A stretch of DNA of 64,000 bases from Dehalococcoidia bacterium (lineage in GTDB: Bacteria > Chloroflexota > Dehalococcoidia > UBA2979), in NCBI GenBank assembly GCA_965262725.1, contig OZ253555.1:2208001-2272000 (forward strand), given 5' to 3'. Below the pieces are notes generated by a model. That model had not been told where the DNA came from. It was given only the letters and a program-made list of their open reading frames with translations, and did not search any database. A program made the position numbers and the translations under genes. This document shows positions 1 to 9,545 of this stretch, in pieces (the first letter of the stretch is position 1; each line of letters opens with the position of its first letter).

Positions 1-283
1 CGAGCGCGCGCGACACCTCGTACGTGAAGTCGACGTGACCCGGCGTGTCGATGAGGTTGAGCTCGTAGCTGTTCCCGTCCGCGGCACGGAAGTCGAGGCG
101 CACGGCCTGCGCCTTGATGGTGATCCCCTTCTCGCGCTCGAGCTCCATCTGGTCGAGCAGCTGCTCGCGCATCTCACGGGCGGCGACCGCGCCCGTCCGC
201 TCCAGCATGCGGTCGGCGAGTGTCGACTTGCCGTGATCGATGTGCGCGACGATCGAAAAGTTGCGGATGCGCCTCTGCTCCAC
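1..283 (-). CDS. lepA: Elongation factor 4 / LepA GTPase, 5' part (runs off the window start)
   Basis: Not in the ORF track. Minus-strand translation from GTG at 283 gives [28 protein letters not shown]...ERERGITIK...[15 protein letters not shown], the LepA G-domain signature. Confidence 0.95.
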   Translation of the reverse strand, partial: MEQRRIRNFSIVAHIDHGKSTLADRMLERTGAVAAREMREQLLDQMELEREKGITIKAQAVRLDFRAADGNSYELNLIDTPGHVDFTYEVSRAL

Positions 284-333
284 GGGCCCATCGTAACCGG
301 CGGGGGAGCTGCGCGGTTTCGGGGCGTGCGCGA

Positions 334-357
334 CGAGGGGGCCGTGAGGCCCCCTCG
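334..357. terminator. GC-rich hairpin downstream of oppF, possible terminator
   Basis: CGAGGGGGCC-GTGA-GGCCCCCTCG is a perfect 10-bp stem; there is no clear U-tract. Confidence 0.4.
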
Positions 358-397
358 CTCTGCCGTCAGCCGGTCGCGGAGATGCCCGCGATCGCGA

Positions 398-1429
398 CTA
401 GACCCGGTGGCACGCCACCCAGTGCTCGGTCGCCACCTCTCGCCACTCCGGGATCTGCTCGTAGCAGGGGTCGATCGCGATGGGGCAGCGCGTGTTGAAG
501 ACGCAGCCCGGCGGGGGCCTCATCGGCGACGGCACGTCACCGGTGAGGATAATCCGCTCGCGCGCGCGCTCGATGACCGGGTCGGTGATCGGCACCGCCG
601 ACATCAGCGCCTTGGTGTAGGGGTGCAGCGGGTTCTTGTAGAGCTCGACGGAGCTCGCGAGCTCCATCATCTTCCCCAGGTACATGACTGCGACGCGGTC
701 GGAGATGTGCCGCACCACGGCCAGGTCGTGCGCGATGAAGAGATAGGTGAGGTTGAACTCCGACTGCAGATCCTCGAGCAGGTTGATCACTTGCGCCTGG
801 ATCGAGACGTCGAGCGCCGAGACCGGCTCGTCGCAGACGATGAAGTCGGGCTCCACCGCGAGCGCGCGCGCGATGCCGATGCGCTGCCGCTGGCCCCCCG
901 AGAACTCGTGCGGGAAGCGGCGCGCGAAGTACGGGTTGAGCCCCACCGCGTTGAGCAGGTACGAGACGCGGTCACGCCGCTCAGCCCCCTTGTAGAGACC
1001 GTGGATCGTCATCGGCTCGGAGACGATGTCCTGCACGCTCATGCGCGGGTTCAGCGAGGAATACGGATCCTGGAAGACCATCTGCATGCGCCGGCGGAAG
1101 CGGCGCAGCGCCGAGCCCTTGAGCTCGGTGAGCTCGTTGCCGTCGAGCTTGACCGATCCCTCGGTCGGCCGGACCAGCTGGAGGATGCTGCGCCCGGTCG
1201 TCGACTTCCCGCATCCCGACTCGCCCACGAGTCCCAGCGTCTCGCCGCGCTTCACGAAGAAGTCGATACCGTCGACGGCGCGGATGTCCGCCACCTTGCG
1301 CTGGAAGAGGCCGGCCGTGACGGGGAAGTAAACGCGCAGCCCCTCGACGCTCAGCAGGTGGTCGGGTGCTTCGGCGCCGCCGGAGCGCTCGGCGACGGCG
1401 GTGTCTGTGTTCTCGCTGGTCATGGCCAC
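398..1429 (-). CDS. oppF: Oligopeptide/dipeptide ABC transporter ATP-binding subunit (OppF/DppF-like)
   Basis: Walker [10 protein letters not shown], signature FSGGQRQR, Walker [11 protein letters not shown]-terminal HPYT and CxFxxRC motifs. Confidence 0.92.
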   Translation of the reverse strand: MAMTSENTDTAVAERSGGAEAPDHLLSVEGLRVYFPVTAGLFQRKVADIRAVDGIDFFVKRGETLGLVGESGCGKSTTGRSILQLVRPTEGSVKLDGNELTELKGSALRRFRRRMQMVFQDPYSSLNPRMSVQDIVSEPMTIHGLYKGAERRDRVSYLLNAVGLNPYFARRFPHEFSGGQRQRIGIARALAVEPDFIVCDEPVSALDVSIQAQVINLLEDLQSEFNLTYLFIAHDLAVVRHISDRVAVMYLGKMMELASSVELYKNPLHPYTKALMSAVPITDPVIERARERIILTGDVPSPMRPPPGCVFNTRCPIAIDPCYEQIPEWREVATEHWVACHRV

Positions 1430-1432
1430 TCC

Positions 1433-2470
1433 CTACGCCGTCGCGACCACGCGGGCGGACTCGGCCGCAGCCGCGGAGAGGTCCCGGGTCTTTTCGTCCG
1501 TCCGCGGATCTCGCCAGCAGGCGGCGAAGTGCCCGCCCGCCTTCTCCTCGAGCGGGGGCGCCTCATCCTCGCACTTGTCGATAACCCAGTCGCAGCGCGG
1601 CGCGAAGGGGCACCCGGGGATGGCTGCGATGAGCAGCGGGGGCTGCCCCTCCAGCGTGGCGAGCCGCTCGTGCTCGATCGCGTCGAGGCGCGGCACCGAG
1701 CGGAGCAGGCCCACTGTGTAGGGATGCCGCGGTTCGTGAAAGATGTCGACGACCGTGCCGGTCTCGATGATCTTGCCGGCGTACATGACGTTGACGTTGT
1801 CGACGTAGCGCGCGACGACGCCGAGGTTGTGCGTGATCAGCACCACGGCGGTCCCGAGCTCGCGCGCAAGGCGCGCGATGATGTCGAGGATCTGCGCCTG
1901 GATGGTGACGTCGAGCGCGGTCGTCGGCTCATCTGCGAGCAGGAGCTTCGGGTTGCAGGCGAGCGCCATCGCGATCATGGCGCGCTGACGCATGCCGCCC
2001 GAGAACTGGTGCGGGTAGTCGTCGATACGCTCCACGGCGTCGGGGATGCCGACCATCTCGAGAAGCTCGACGGCGCGCGCCCGGGACTCCGCCTCCTCCA
2101 GCCCCATGTGGAGCCGGATAACCTCGATGATCTGGTTGCCGATGGTGAGAACCGGGTTCAGGGAGGTCATCGGCTCCTGGAAGACCATCGCGATGCGGTT
2201 GCCGCGGATGTGCCTCATCTCCGCGTTGGAGATCTTCAGCAGGTCCTGTCCCTCGAAGAGGATCTCGCCGTCGACGATGCGCCCCGGCGGGTTGGGGATC
2301 AGGCGCAGGATCGAGAGCGCCGTCACGGACTTGCCGCAACCCGACTCGCCCACCAGCCCGAGCGTCTGCCCCTCCTCGAGGTCCCAGGTCACGCCGTCGA
2401 CGGCACGAACGGTCCCGTCCTCCGTGAAGAAGTAGGTGCGCAGGTCGTTGATCTCGAGCAGCTTGGCCAT
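1433..2470 (-). CDS. oppD: Oligopeptide/dipeptide ABC transporter ATP-binding subunit (OppD/DppD-like)
   Basis: Start revised to ATG 2470 (MAKLLEINDLRTYF) because the longer ORF overlaps a tRNA. Motifs [33 protein letters not shown]. Confidence 0.92.
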   Translation of the reverse strand: MAKLLEINDLRTYFFTEDGTVRAVDGVTWDLEEGQTLGLVGESGCGKSVTALSILRLIPNPPGRIVDGEILFEGQDLLKISNAEMRHIRGNRIAMVFQEPMTSLNPVLTIGNQIIEVIRLHMGLEEAESRARAVELLEMVGIPDAVERIDDYPHQFSGGMRQRAMIAMALACNPKLLLADEPTTALDVTIQAQILDIIARLARELGTAVVLITHNLGVVARYVDNVNVMYAGKIIETGTVVDIFHEPRHPYTVGLLRSVPRLDAIEHERLATLEGQPPLLIAAIPGCPFAPRCDWVIDKCEDEAPPLEEKAGGHFAACWRDPRTDEKTRDLSAAAAESARVVATA

Positions 2471-2567
2471 CAGTCCCCCTCTTGGGCGATCTCCCGCGTC
2501 CCCTGCACCCCGCACTCGGCCGCCAGTGCCGACCGCTCGCTCATGCTCTCCCGCGAACTCTGCGAGG

Positions 2568-2652
2568 TGGTGGGGAAGAGGAGATTCGAACTCCCACGCC
2601 TCGCGGCACATGATCCTAAATCATGCTCGTCTACCGGTTCCGACACTTCCCC
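2568..2652 (-). tRNA. tRNA-Leu(TAG)
   Basis: GGGGAAGTGTCGGAACCGGTAGACGAGCATGATTTAGGATCATG...GGGAGTTCGAATCTCCTCTTCCCCACCA: anticodon TAG, long variable arm, encoded CCA. Confidence 0.95.
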
Positions 2653-2707
2653 TCGACACCGTTCCCACGGCTACGGGAGCCCGCGCTCGGCCGCGGCCCG
2701 GTGCGTT

Positions 2708-2783
<76 letters not shown>

Positions 2784-2883
2784 GCCTCGACTCTACTCCG
2801 CCGCACCGCTCGGCGTCACGGCCTGCGTGGCCGCGACCCGTGCCGACGCGACATCGGCGTTCTTCCGGCCGCTCGGCGGCGGG

Positions 2884-2913
2884 ACCGTATCAGGCGAATT
2901 CGCGGGGTGTCAA
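2884..2913 (-). promoter_or_regulatory. Putative sigma70 promoter upstream of tRNA-Lys/tRNA-Leu
   Basis: Minus strand reads TTGACA-18 nt-TACGGT. The -35 element sits between two ATTCGCGGGGT direct repeats. Confidence 0.5.
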
Positions 2914-3117
2914 CGATTCGCGGGGTTGCCAGTGTTCCCCTCCGGACGCTGGGGAAGGTCATTCCCCACCCTCCGGGAGTGAGGGCCGGGGCCTCCCAGG
3001 GCGTGCAGCCGGGACGGGGCGCCGGCAGCGCTCTGCGAGATGGCTCCGCCGGGCACGGAACCCTGCGGGGACGGCGGCGGCTCCCTCAGGGGATCCCCCG
3101 CGCAACCGCCTTCGGAT

Positions 3118-3771
3118 TCAGTAGAGGTGTGGCTGGACGTAGGAGGCGATCGAGAGCTCCAGGTCGAGGATGACCTGGGACATCGCCTGGCTGATGAGGT
3201 CGAGCTTCCGCACCTGCTCGATGCGCGCGGAGACGTTCTCCAACTCCTGCCGGGAGAGTAGCCGGTCGAAGATCCCGCACGCATGGGCCAGGGCAATGAT
3301 CACGACGTCCCGTGGATCCGGGATCGCGTCGCTGAACAGCACCTCCATGATGCGCAGCTTGACCTCGCGCTCGGCCTCGCCCTGGAGCAACGGATAGCGC
3401 CTCGACCGGAAGACCCAGAGGAAGCGCTCCTCGCGCTCCTCCAGGATCCCGTGGTCCACCAGCCGGACGAGCGCCTCCTGGCGGACCTCGTCGGCGCGGT
3501 TCGCCGTGCGCTGCACCCAGAAGCGGGCGTCGCCGCCCTCGTGCGATCCGATGTCGGCGAGCGTGGGGTCGAGCAGGCTGTCGCCCAGGGGCGTCGCGTC
3601 CAGAACGATCAGCCGGTCGAGGTCGGTGTCGATCCGGTTCTCGAGCGCTAGATCCATCAGCACGCCGCCGGCGAGCGCGTAGTCCAGGGAGGCGCGGGGG
3701 ACGCGCGCGAAGGTCCCGTCCGTGTCGTCGAGCAACAGCAGGATGATCTCCTCGGCGAATCTGAGTTTGAT
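3118..3771 (-). CDS. GPP34 / GOLPH3-Vps74 family protein
   Basis: (I)KLRFAEEIILLLLDD...ALAGGVLMDLALENRI...LVDHGILEEREERFLWVFRSRRYP resembles bacterial GPP34 proteins. The family-like N-terminus extends upstream of the TTG at 3735 to an ATC at 3771. Confidence 0.8.
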   Translation of the reverse strand: MKLRFAEEIILLLLDDTDGTFARVPRASLDYALAGGVLMDLALENRIDTDLDRLIVLDATPLGDSLLDPTLADIGSHEGGDARFWVQRTANRADEVRQEALVRLVDHGILEEREERFLWVFRSRRYPLLQGEAEREVKLRIMEVLFSDAIPDPRDVVIIALAHACGIFDRLLSRQELENVSARIEQVRKLDLISQAMSQVILDLELSIASYVQPHLY

Positions 3772-3823
3772 CGTCCCCTGCCTTCCACGCTCTCGCCGTT
3801 CGTGCCAACCGTTATGTCGACCG

Positions 3824-3900
3824 TGGTGGGCGATAGTGGATTCGAACCACTGACCTCTGCGATGTCAACGCAGCGCTCTAACCAACTGAGCTAACCGCCC
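3824..3900 (-). tRNA. tRNA-Val(GAC)
   Basis: GGGCGGTTAGCTCAGTTGGTTAGAGCGCTGCGTTGACATCGCAGAGGTCAGTGGTTCGAATCCACTATCGCCCACCA. Confidence 0.96.
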
Positions 3901-4024
3901 ACGCCGACGGCGCGAGCGTAGCACGGGCTTGCTGCGAGCGGTGCAGCCCCGAGCCCGGTCCGGAGCCCCGGCAGCGGCTGCTGCGGGCGGTCCCCGTCAC
4001 CGGAAATGGCGGTACCATGGCGGG

Positions 4025-4100
4025 CCGCGGGACCGCGTCCGGCGGAGCCCTGCGCGGCAGGCGTGGTGGTCCCTCCCGCCAGCGCGCGGGAGTTGTTCTG
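4025..4100 (+). promoter_or_regulatory. Structured leader or attenuator upstream of thrS (degenerate T-box-like)
   Basis: GGTGGTCCC (one mismatch to the T-box GGTGGTACC) is followed by the hairpin CTCCCGC-CAGCGC-GCGGGAG and TTGTTCT. No clear specifier loop. Confidence 0.35.
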
Positions 4101-4163
4101 CCTCCGCCGGCACGGCGGGCGGCGGGGCGCTCGTCGGCGGCCCGGGGTGAGGGGAGCGGTGCG

Positions 4164-5963
4164 ATGGCCGGAGTTGCCGCGCGGGCGCGGAGCGGGGAGG
4201 ACGAGGATCGCCCCGCTCCGCAGGCGGCGGAGCGGCTCTCGCGGATGCGCCACTCCGCCGCCCACGTACTGGCCGAGGCGGTGCTCGAGCGCTTCCCGGA
4301 GGGGAAGTACGCGATAGGGCCGCCCATCGAGCACGGCTTCTACTACGACTTCGAGCTGCCGCGCCCGCTCACGCCCGAGGACCTTCAGGTCCTCGAGAGG
4401 CGGATGCGCAGGACCGTGAAGGCCAACGTCCCCATCGAAGGGCGCCAGATCTCGAAGGACGAGGCGCGCGCCCTCTTCGCCGGCCAGCCCTACAAGCTCG
4501 AGCTCATCGACGAGATCGAGGGCGAGACGGTCGGCCACTTCCGCCACGCGGAGTTCGACGATCTCTGTCGCGGCGGACACACCGAGCGCACCGGGCAGCT
4601 GGGGGCGTTCCGGCTCGACCGCGTCGCCGGTGCGTACTGGCGGGGCGACGAGCGCAACACGATGCTGCAGCGCATCTACGGCCTGCTCTTCGAGACGCCG
4701 GAGGAGCTCGACGCCCACCTCGAGGCCAGGGAGGAGGCGGAGCGCCGCGATCACCGGCGCCTCGGCCGGGAACTCGACCTCTTTCACCTCGACCCCGTCT
4801 CCCCGGGCTCGCCGTTCTATCACCCGCGCGGGACCGTGCTCTACAACGGCCTCGTCGACTACATGCGGGACCTCTACGTCGAGTACGGTTACCAGGAGGT
4901 CATCACGCCGCAGCTCTTCGTGGCGGACCTCTGGAAGACCTCCGGGCACTACCAGAACTTCGCCGAGGACATGTTCCTCTTCGGCGAGGGGGGCTCGGAG
5001 CTCGGCATCAAGCCGATGAACTGCCCCGGTCACTGCCACTACTACCGAACGCGCCTCTACTCCTACCGCGAGCTGCCGCTTCGCCTCGCCGAGTTCTCCC
5101 GGCTCCACCGCAACGAGCGCTCGGGCGTTCTCTCCGGGCTGACGAGGGTCCGCTCCTTCGCGCAGGACGACGCGCACATCTACTGCACGCCGGAGCAGTT
5201 CGAGGGCGAGGTGCGCTCCGTCTTCGAGATGAGCGAGCGCGTCTACTCTGATCTCGGGCTCGGGGACGCGCACATACGGCTCGCGACGATGCCCGAGGAG
5301 AAATACATCGGCGAGCCCGCCGACTGGGAGCGCGCCGAGAGGCTGCTGGAGGCGGCAATTCGGGGCGCGGGCAAGGAGTTCGAGCTGGCACCCGGCGAGG
5401 GCGCCTTCTACGGCCCCAAGATCGAGTTCCATTTCCGGGACGCCCTCGGACGCTCGTGGCAGCTCGGCACGCTTCAGGTGGATCTCGGCATGCCCGCGCG
5501 CTTCGGCCTCACCTACATCGCGGCCGACGGCGCCGAGCATGAGCCGGTGATGCTGCACCGCGCGATCCTCGGCTCGCTCGAGCGCTTCCTTGCCATCTAT
5601 GTCGAGCACACGGCCGGAGAGTTCCCGCTCTGGCTCGCGCCGGTGCAGGCAGTCGTGATTCCCATCGCCGATCGGCACGCCGCGTACGCCGAGGAGGTGC
5701 GAACCGCGCTCGCTCGCCGGCGGCTGCGCACCGAGGTCGACAGCTCGAACAGCCGCATGAACGCAAAGATCCGCGGGGCGCAGCTCCAGAAGATCCCCTA
5801 CATGCTCGTGGTCGGCGACCGTGAGGCGGAGGCGCGCGCCGTCGCCGTCCGCGTCCGGGGCGGTGGGAACCTGGGCGCGCTCCCCCTCGAGGAGGTCGTG
5901 GGGCGCCTCGCCGGGGAGCGCGACACCCGCGCTCTCAAGGGGCTCGGAGCAGCCGCGCCGTAG
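4164..5963 (+). CDS. thrS: Threonine--tRNA ligase (short form without N-terminal TGS domain)
   Basis: HSAAHVLAEAV, DLCRGGH, RDHRRLG, KPMNCPGH, RVRSFAQDDAH, GAFYGPKI, WLAPVQ. ATG 4164 follows GGGGAG. Confidence 0.96.
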   Translation: MAGVAARARSGEDEDRPAPQAAERLSRMRHSAAHVLAEAVLERFPEGKYAIGPPIEHGFYYDFELPRPLTPEDLQVLERRMRRTVKANVPIEGRQISKDEARALFAGQPYKLELIDEIEGETVGHFRHAEFDDLCRGGHTERTGQLGAFRLDRVAGAYWRGDERNTMLQRIYGLLFETPEELDAHLEAREEAERRDHRRLGRELDLFHLDPVSPGSPFYHPRGTVLYNGLVDYMRDLYVEYGYQEVITPQLFVADLWKTSGHYQNFAEDMFLFGEGGSELGIKPMNCPGHCHYYRTRLYSYRELPLRLAEFSRLHRNERSGVLSGLTRVRSFAQDDAHIYCTPEQFEGEVRSVFEMSERVYSDLGLGDAHIRLATMPEEKYIGEPADWERAERLLEAAIRGAGKEFELAPGEGAFYGPKIEFHFRDALGRSWQLGTLQVDLGMPARFGLTYIAADGAEHEPVMLHRAILGSLERFLAIYVEHTAGEFPLWLAPVQAVVIPIADRHAAYAEEVRTALARRRLRTEVDSSNSRMNAKIRGAQLQKIPYMLVVGDREAEARAVAVRVRGGGNLGALPLEEVVGRLAGERDTRALKGLGAAAP

Positions 5964-6040
5964 GGGCGCCCGACCGCGCTCCGCGGTTGCCCGCGCAGGG
6001 GTGCCGTGGCAGTCTGGCGCGTCGCTTCAGGGGGGTCCGC

Positions 6041-7615
6041 GTGTATTTCCGGCGGCTGCTCATAGCCAACCGCGGTGAGATCGCGCTTCGCGTCCAGCGC
6101 ACGTGCCGCGAGCTCGGGATCGAGACGGTCGCCATCTACTCCGAGGCAGACCGCAACTCCCTGCACGTGCGCAACGCCGACGTCGCCGTCTGCGTGGGCC
6201 CGGGACCGGCTGCCGAGTCCTACCTCGTGATCGAGAAGGTGATCGCGGCGGCGAAGGAGACAGGAGCCGACGCGATCCACCCCGGCTACGGCTTCCTCTC
6301 CGAGAACGCCGACTTCGCCGACGCCTGCGAGAAGGCCGGCCTCGCCTTCGTCGGCCCGCCCGGCTCCGCCATGCGGCAGCTGGGCGGCAAGGTCTCCGCC
6401 CGTCGGCTGATGGAGGAGGCGGGCGTCCCGATCGTCCCCGGGGCGAACGACATCGACCCCTCCGACCTGGCGCTCGCTCGCGCCGAGGCGGAGCGCGTCG
6501 GGTTCCCGCTCCTGGTGAAGGCCTCCGCCGGCGGCGGCGGGCGCGGCATCCGCCAGGTCGACGAGCCCGGGCAGTTGGCCGCAGCGATGGATCTCTCCGC
6601 GTCGGAGGCGCGCTCCTCCTTCGGCGACGCGACGATCTTCCTCGAGCGCTACGTGCAGCGGGCGCGCCACATCGAGGTGCAGGTGATGGCCGACTCGCAC
6701 GGAACGGTCCACGCCTACGGCGAGCGCGAGTGCTCCGTGCAGCGCCGCCACCAGAAGCTCGTGGAGGAGGCGCCGTCGCCCGTCGTGACGGCCGAGCTGC
6801 GCGCCCGGCTCTGCGACGCGGCGATCGCCGCCGTCAGGAGCTGCGGCTACCAGAACGCCGGCACGGTCGAGTTCCTGCTCGACGAGGACACCGGGGAGTT
6901 CTTCTTCCTCGAGGTGAACGCGCGCCTGCAGGTGGAGCATCCCGTCACGGAGCTCGTCTACGGGCTCGACCTGGTCGCGCAGCAGCTCGCGGTGGCGGCG
7001 GGCGAGGCGCTGCCTCCCGCCCTCTCGGACGGACCGCCGGAGCCGCGTGGCTGGGCCATCGAGTGCCGCATCAACGGCGAGGATCCCTACGAGAACTTCG
7101 TTCCGTCGCTCGGTCTGGTCCATCACGTCGAGGCGCCGCTCGGCCCGGGCGTGCGCTTCGACTCGATGCTCTTCGATGGACTCGACGTCCCCGTCTACTA
7201 TGACTCGCTGCTCGGCAAGCTGATCGTGTGGGCAGAGGATCGCCCGCTCGCCCTGGCCCGCATGCGGCGCGCACTCGACGACCTGCTCGTGACGGGCATT
7301 GTGACCAACGCGCCGTTCCATCGCGCGCTGATGGAGCACCCCGACTTCATCACGGGCGCCGTGCACACGAAGTGGCTCGAGAGCTCCTTCGTGATGCCGC
7401 CGCTGCCCGCGGAGGATCCCCGCGAGCGGATCGCGCTCATCGCCGGCGCCATCGCCTCCGAGCTTGCGGCGGCGCGCCGCCAGGGTGGTGGGCCCGGCGC
7501 GGCGGGTCCCACCACCAGTCGCTGGCTGCGCGCGGCGCGCTCCCGCGCGAGCGGGCTCCCGATCCGCACGGCGGCCTCGGGCTGGCGCCGCGCCGGCCGT
7601 CGGCGGGCGGGCTAG
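6041..7615 (+). CDS. accC: Biotin carboxylase subunit of an acyl-CoA carboxylase
   Basis: LIANRGEIA, HPGYGFLSEN, GGGGRGIR, ERECSVQRRHQK, EVNARLQVEHPVTE, YYDSLLGKLI. Start GTG 6041. Confidence 0.9.
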   Translation: MYFRRLLIANRGEIALRVQRTCRELGIETVAIYSEADRNSLHVRNADVAVCVGPGPAAESYLVIEKVIAAAKETGADAIHPGYGFLSENADFADACEKAGLAFVGPPGSAMRQLGGKVSARRLMEEAGVPIVPGANDIDPSDLALARAEAERVGFPLLVKASAGGGGRGIRQVDEPGQLAAAMDLSASEARSSFGDATIFLERYVQRARHIEVQVMADSHGTVHAYGERECSVQRRHQKLVEEAPSPVVTAELRARLCDAAIAAVRSCGYQNAGTVEFLLDEDTGEFFFLEVNARLQVEHPVTELVYGLDLVAQQLAVAAGEALPPALSDGPPEPRGWAIECRINGEDPYENFVPSLGLVHHVEAPLGPGVRFDSMLFDGLDVPVYYDSLLGKLIVWAEDRPLALARMRRALDDLLVTGIVTNAPFHRALMEHPDFITGAVHTKWLESSFVMPPLPAEDPRERIALIAGAIASELAAARRQGGGPGAAGPTTSRWLRAARSRASGLPIRTAASGWRRAGRRRAG

Positions 7616-7619
7616 CGCG

Positions 7620-8135
<516 letters not shown>

Positions 8136-8188
8136 CCGTCGGCTGCGCAGCGCCGGGGCACCTCCTCGACCCGATCCGGTCCCAGCGA

Positions 8189-8197
8189 TGCTAGAAT
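8189..8197 (+). promoter_or_regulatory. Extended -10 promoter element for infC-rpmI-rplT
   Basis: TGcTAGAAT about 70 nt upstream of infC. Confidence 0.5.
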
Positions 8198-8266
8198 GCC
8201 GGTTCGCGGCTCAGGTGGCCGCCGGGGTGCTGCGCCTGCAGGGGAGGCGCGAGACGGGAGTCGTCG

Positions 8267-8827
8267 ATCGCCAAAGATCTCCGCATCAATGAGCAAATCC
8301 AGGTACCGCAAGTCCGCTTGATCCGCGGCGACGACCAGATCGGGATCCTGCCCATCAGGGAGGCACTCCAGATCGCAGTCGAGGCGGATCTCGACCTGGT
8401 CGAGGTGGCGCCGACCGCCGACCCGCCCGTCTGCCGGATCATGGACTACGGCCGTTTCAAGTACGAGCAGAGAAAGCGCGAGCGCGAATCCAGGCGCGCC
8501 TCCAAGCACGTCGAGTTGCGCGAAGTACGTATGAAAGTGAAGATCGGGCAGCACGATGTCGACTTCAAGGCGCGCACCGCGTTGAAACTGCTCAACGCCG
8601 GCGACAAGGTGAAGGTCTCGGTGATGTTCCGGGCGCGGGAAATCACGCACCCGGAGATCGGTGAGCAACTCCTCCGGCGCTTCTTCGAGCAGGTGAGCGA
8701 GTACGCGAGCATCGAGCGCCAGCCCACGATGGAGGGGCGCATCATGTCGATGACGCTCGAGGGCGCGCGCAGGCGTCCCGACGAGGCGTCCGCCAAGGAG
8801 TCTGTCGAGGTCGGGGCGGCGACCTAG
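8267..8827 (+). CDS. infC: Translation initiation factor IF-3 (ATC start)
   Basis: ATC-GCC-AAA-GAT-CTC-CGC-ATC-AAT-GAG gives (M)AKDLRINEQI, 6 nt after GGGAG. DLVEVAP...PPVCRIMDYGRFKYE, GDKVKVSVMFRARE. Confidence 0.95.
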   Translation: MAKDLRINEQIQVPQVRLIRGDDQIGILPIREALQIAVEADLDLVEVAPTADPPVCRIMDYGRFKYEQRKRERESRRASKHVELREVRMKVKIGQHDVDFKARTALKLLNAGDKVKVSVMFRAREITHPEIGEQLLRRFFEQVSEYASIERQPTMEGRIMSMTLEGARRRPDEASAKESVEVGAAT

Positions 8828-8863
8828 GTCGCCGCGGGAGCAGCAGGGGTCGGGGGCGGCGAC

Positions 8864-9070
8864 GTGCCGAAAATGAAGACGCACCGGGGGCTCGCGAAGC
8901 GCGTCAAGGTGACCGGCACGGGACGCGTCCTGGTGATGGGGCATCACCGCAACAACAAGCGCATGAAGAAGCGCGCGGAGAAGCTCTACGCGCTGCGCGG
9001 GATGCATCCCGTCAACGCCACGCACCAGAAGCGGATGAAGCGTCTGCTCCCGTACCACCGCATCGGGTAG
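8864..9070 (+). CDS. rpmI: 50S ribosomal protein L35
   Basis: MPKMKTHRGLAKRVKVTGTG; lies between infC and rplT. Confidence 0.93.
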   Translation: MPKMKTHRGLAKRVKVTGTGRVLVMGHHRNNKRMKKRAEKLYALRGMHPVNATHQKRMKRLLPYHRIG

Positions 9071-9113
9071 CGCGGCCTCCCGGAGGCCGGACCCAGATGG
9101 ATAGGGGCCCGAG

Positions 9114-9470
9114 ATGACCCGAGCACGGAACGTCCCGGCACGCCACGCGCGCCGCCGCCGCGTCCTTGAGAAGACCTCCGGCCAGGCCGGGCGCCGCCAC
9201 CGGACATACCGCGTCGCGAACGAAGCGATGCTCCACTCACTTCGCTACGCCTGGGCGCACCGCCGCCTCCGCAAGCGCGACTTCCGCAGGCTCTGGATCG
9301 TCCGCATCAACGCCGCCGCCCGCCTGCATGACCTGACGTATGCCCGGCTGATGCACGGGCTGCACCGCGCCGGCATCGAAGTCGACCGGAAGATGCTGGC
9401 CGACCTCGCGGTGCGCGAGCCGGACGCCTTCGGGCGCCTCGCCGATCGCGCCCGAGCCGCGCTCCCCTAG
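9114..9470 (+). CDS. rplT: 50S ribosomal protein L20
   Basis: RKRDFRRLWIVRINAAAR...IEVDRKMLADLAV. Confidence 0.95.
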   Translation: MTRARNVPARHARRRRVLEKTSGQAGRRHRTYRVANEAMLHSLRYAWAHRRLRKRDFRRLWIVRINAAARLHDLTYARLMHGLHRAGIEVDRKMLADLAVREPDAFGRLADRARAALP

Positions 9471-9545
9471 GCTCGCGCCGCCCGGGCTCCGCCCCGACCC
9501 CGCTCCCCCCGACCGGGGATGCTCACCCTCGTCCGGGTGCGCCGC

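Noticed and set aside
2471-2611. N-terminal extension of oppD in the ORF track, and similar extensions of thrS, alaS, aroC and dgt
   Set aside because: The extensions overlap tRNAs, promoters or upstream genes; family homology begins at the downstream starts used here.
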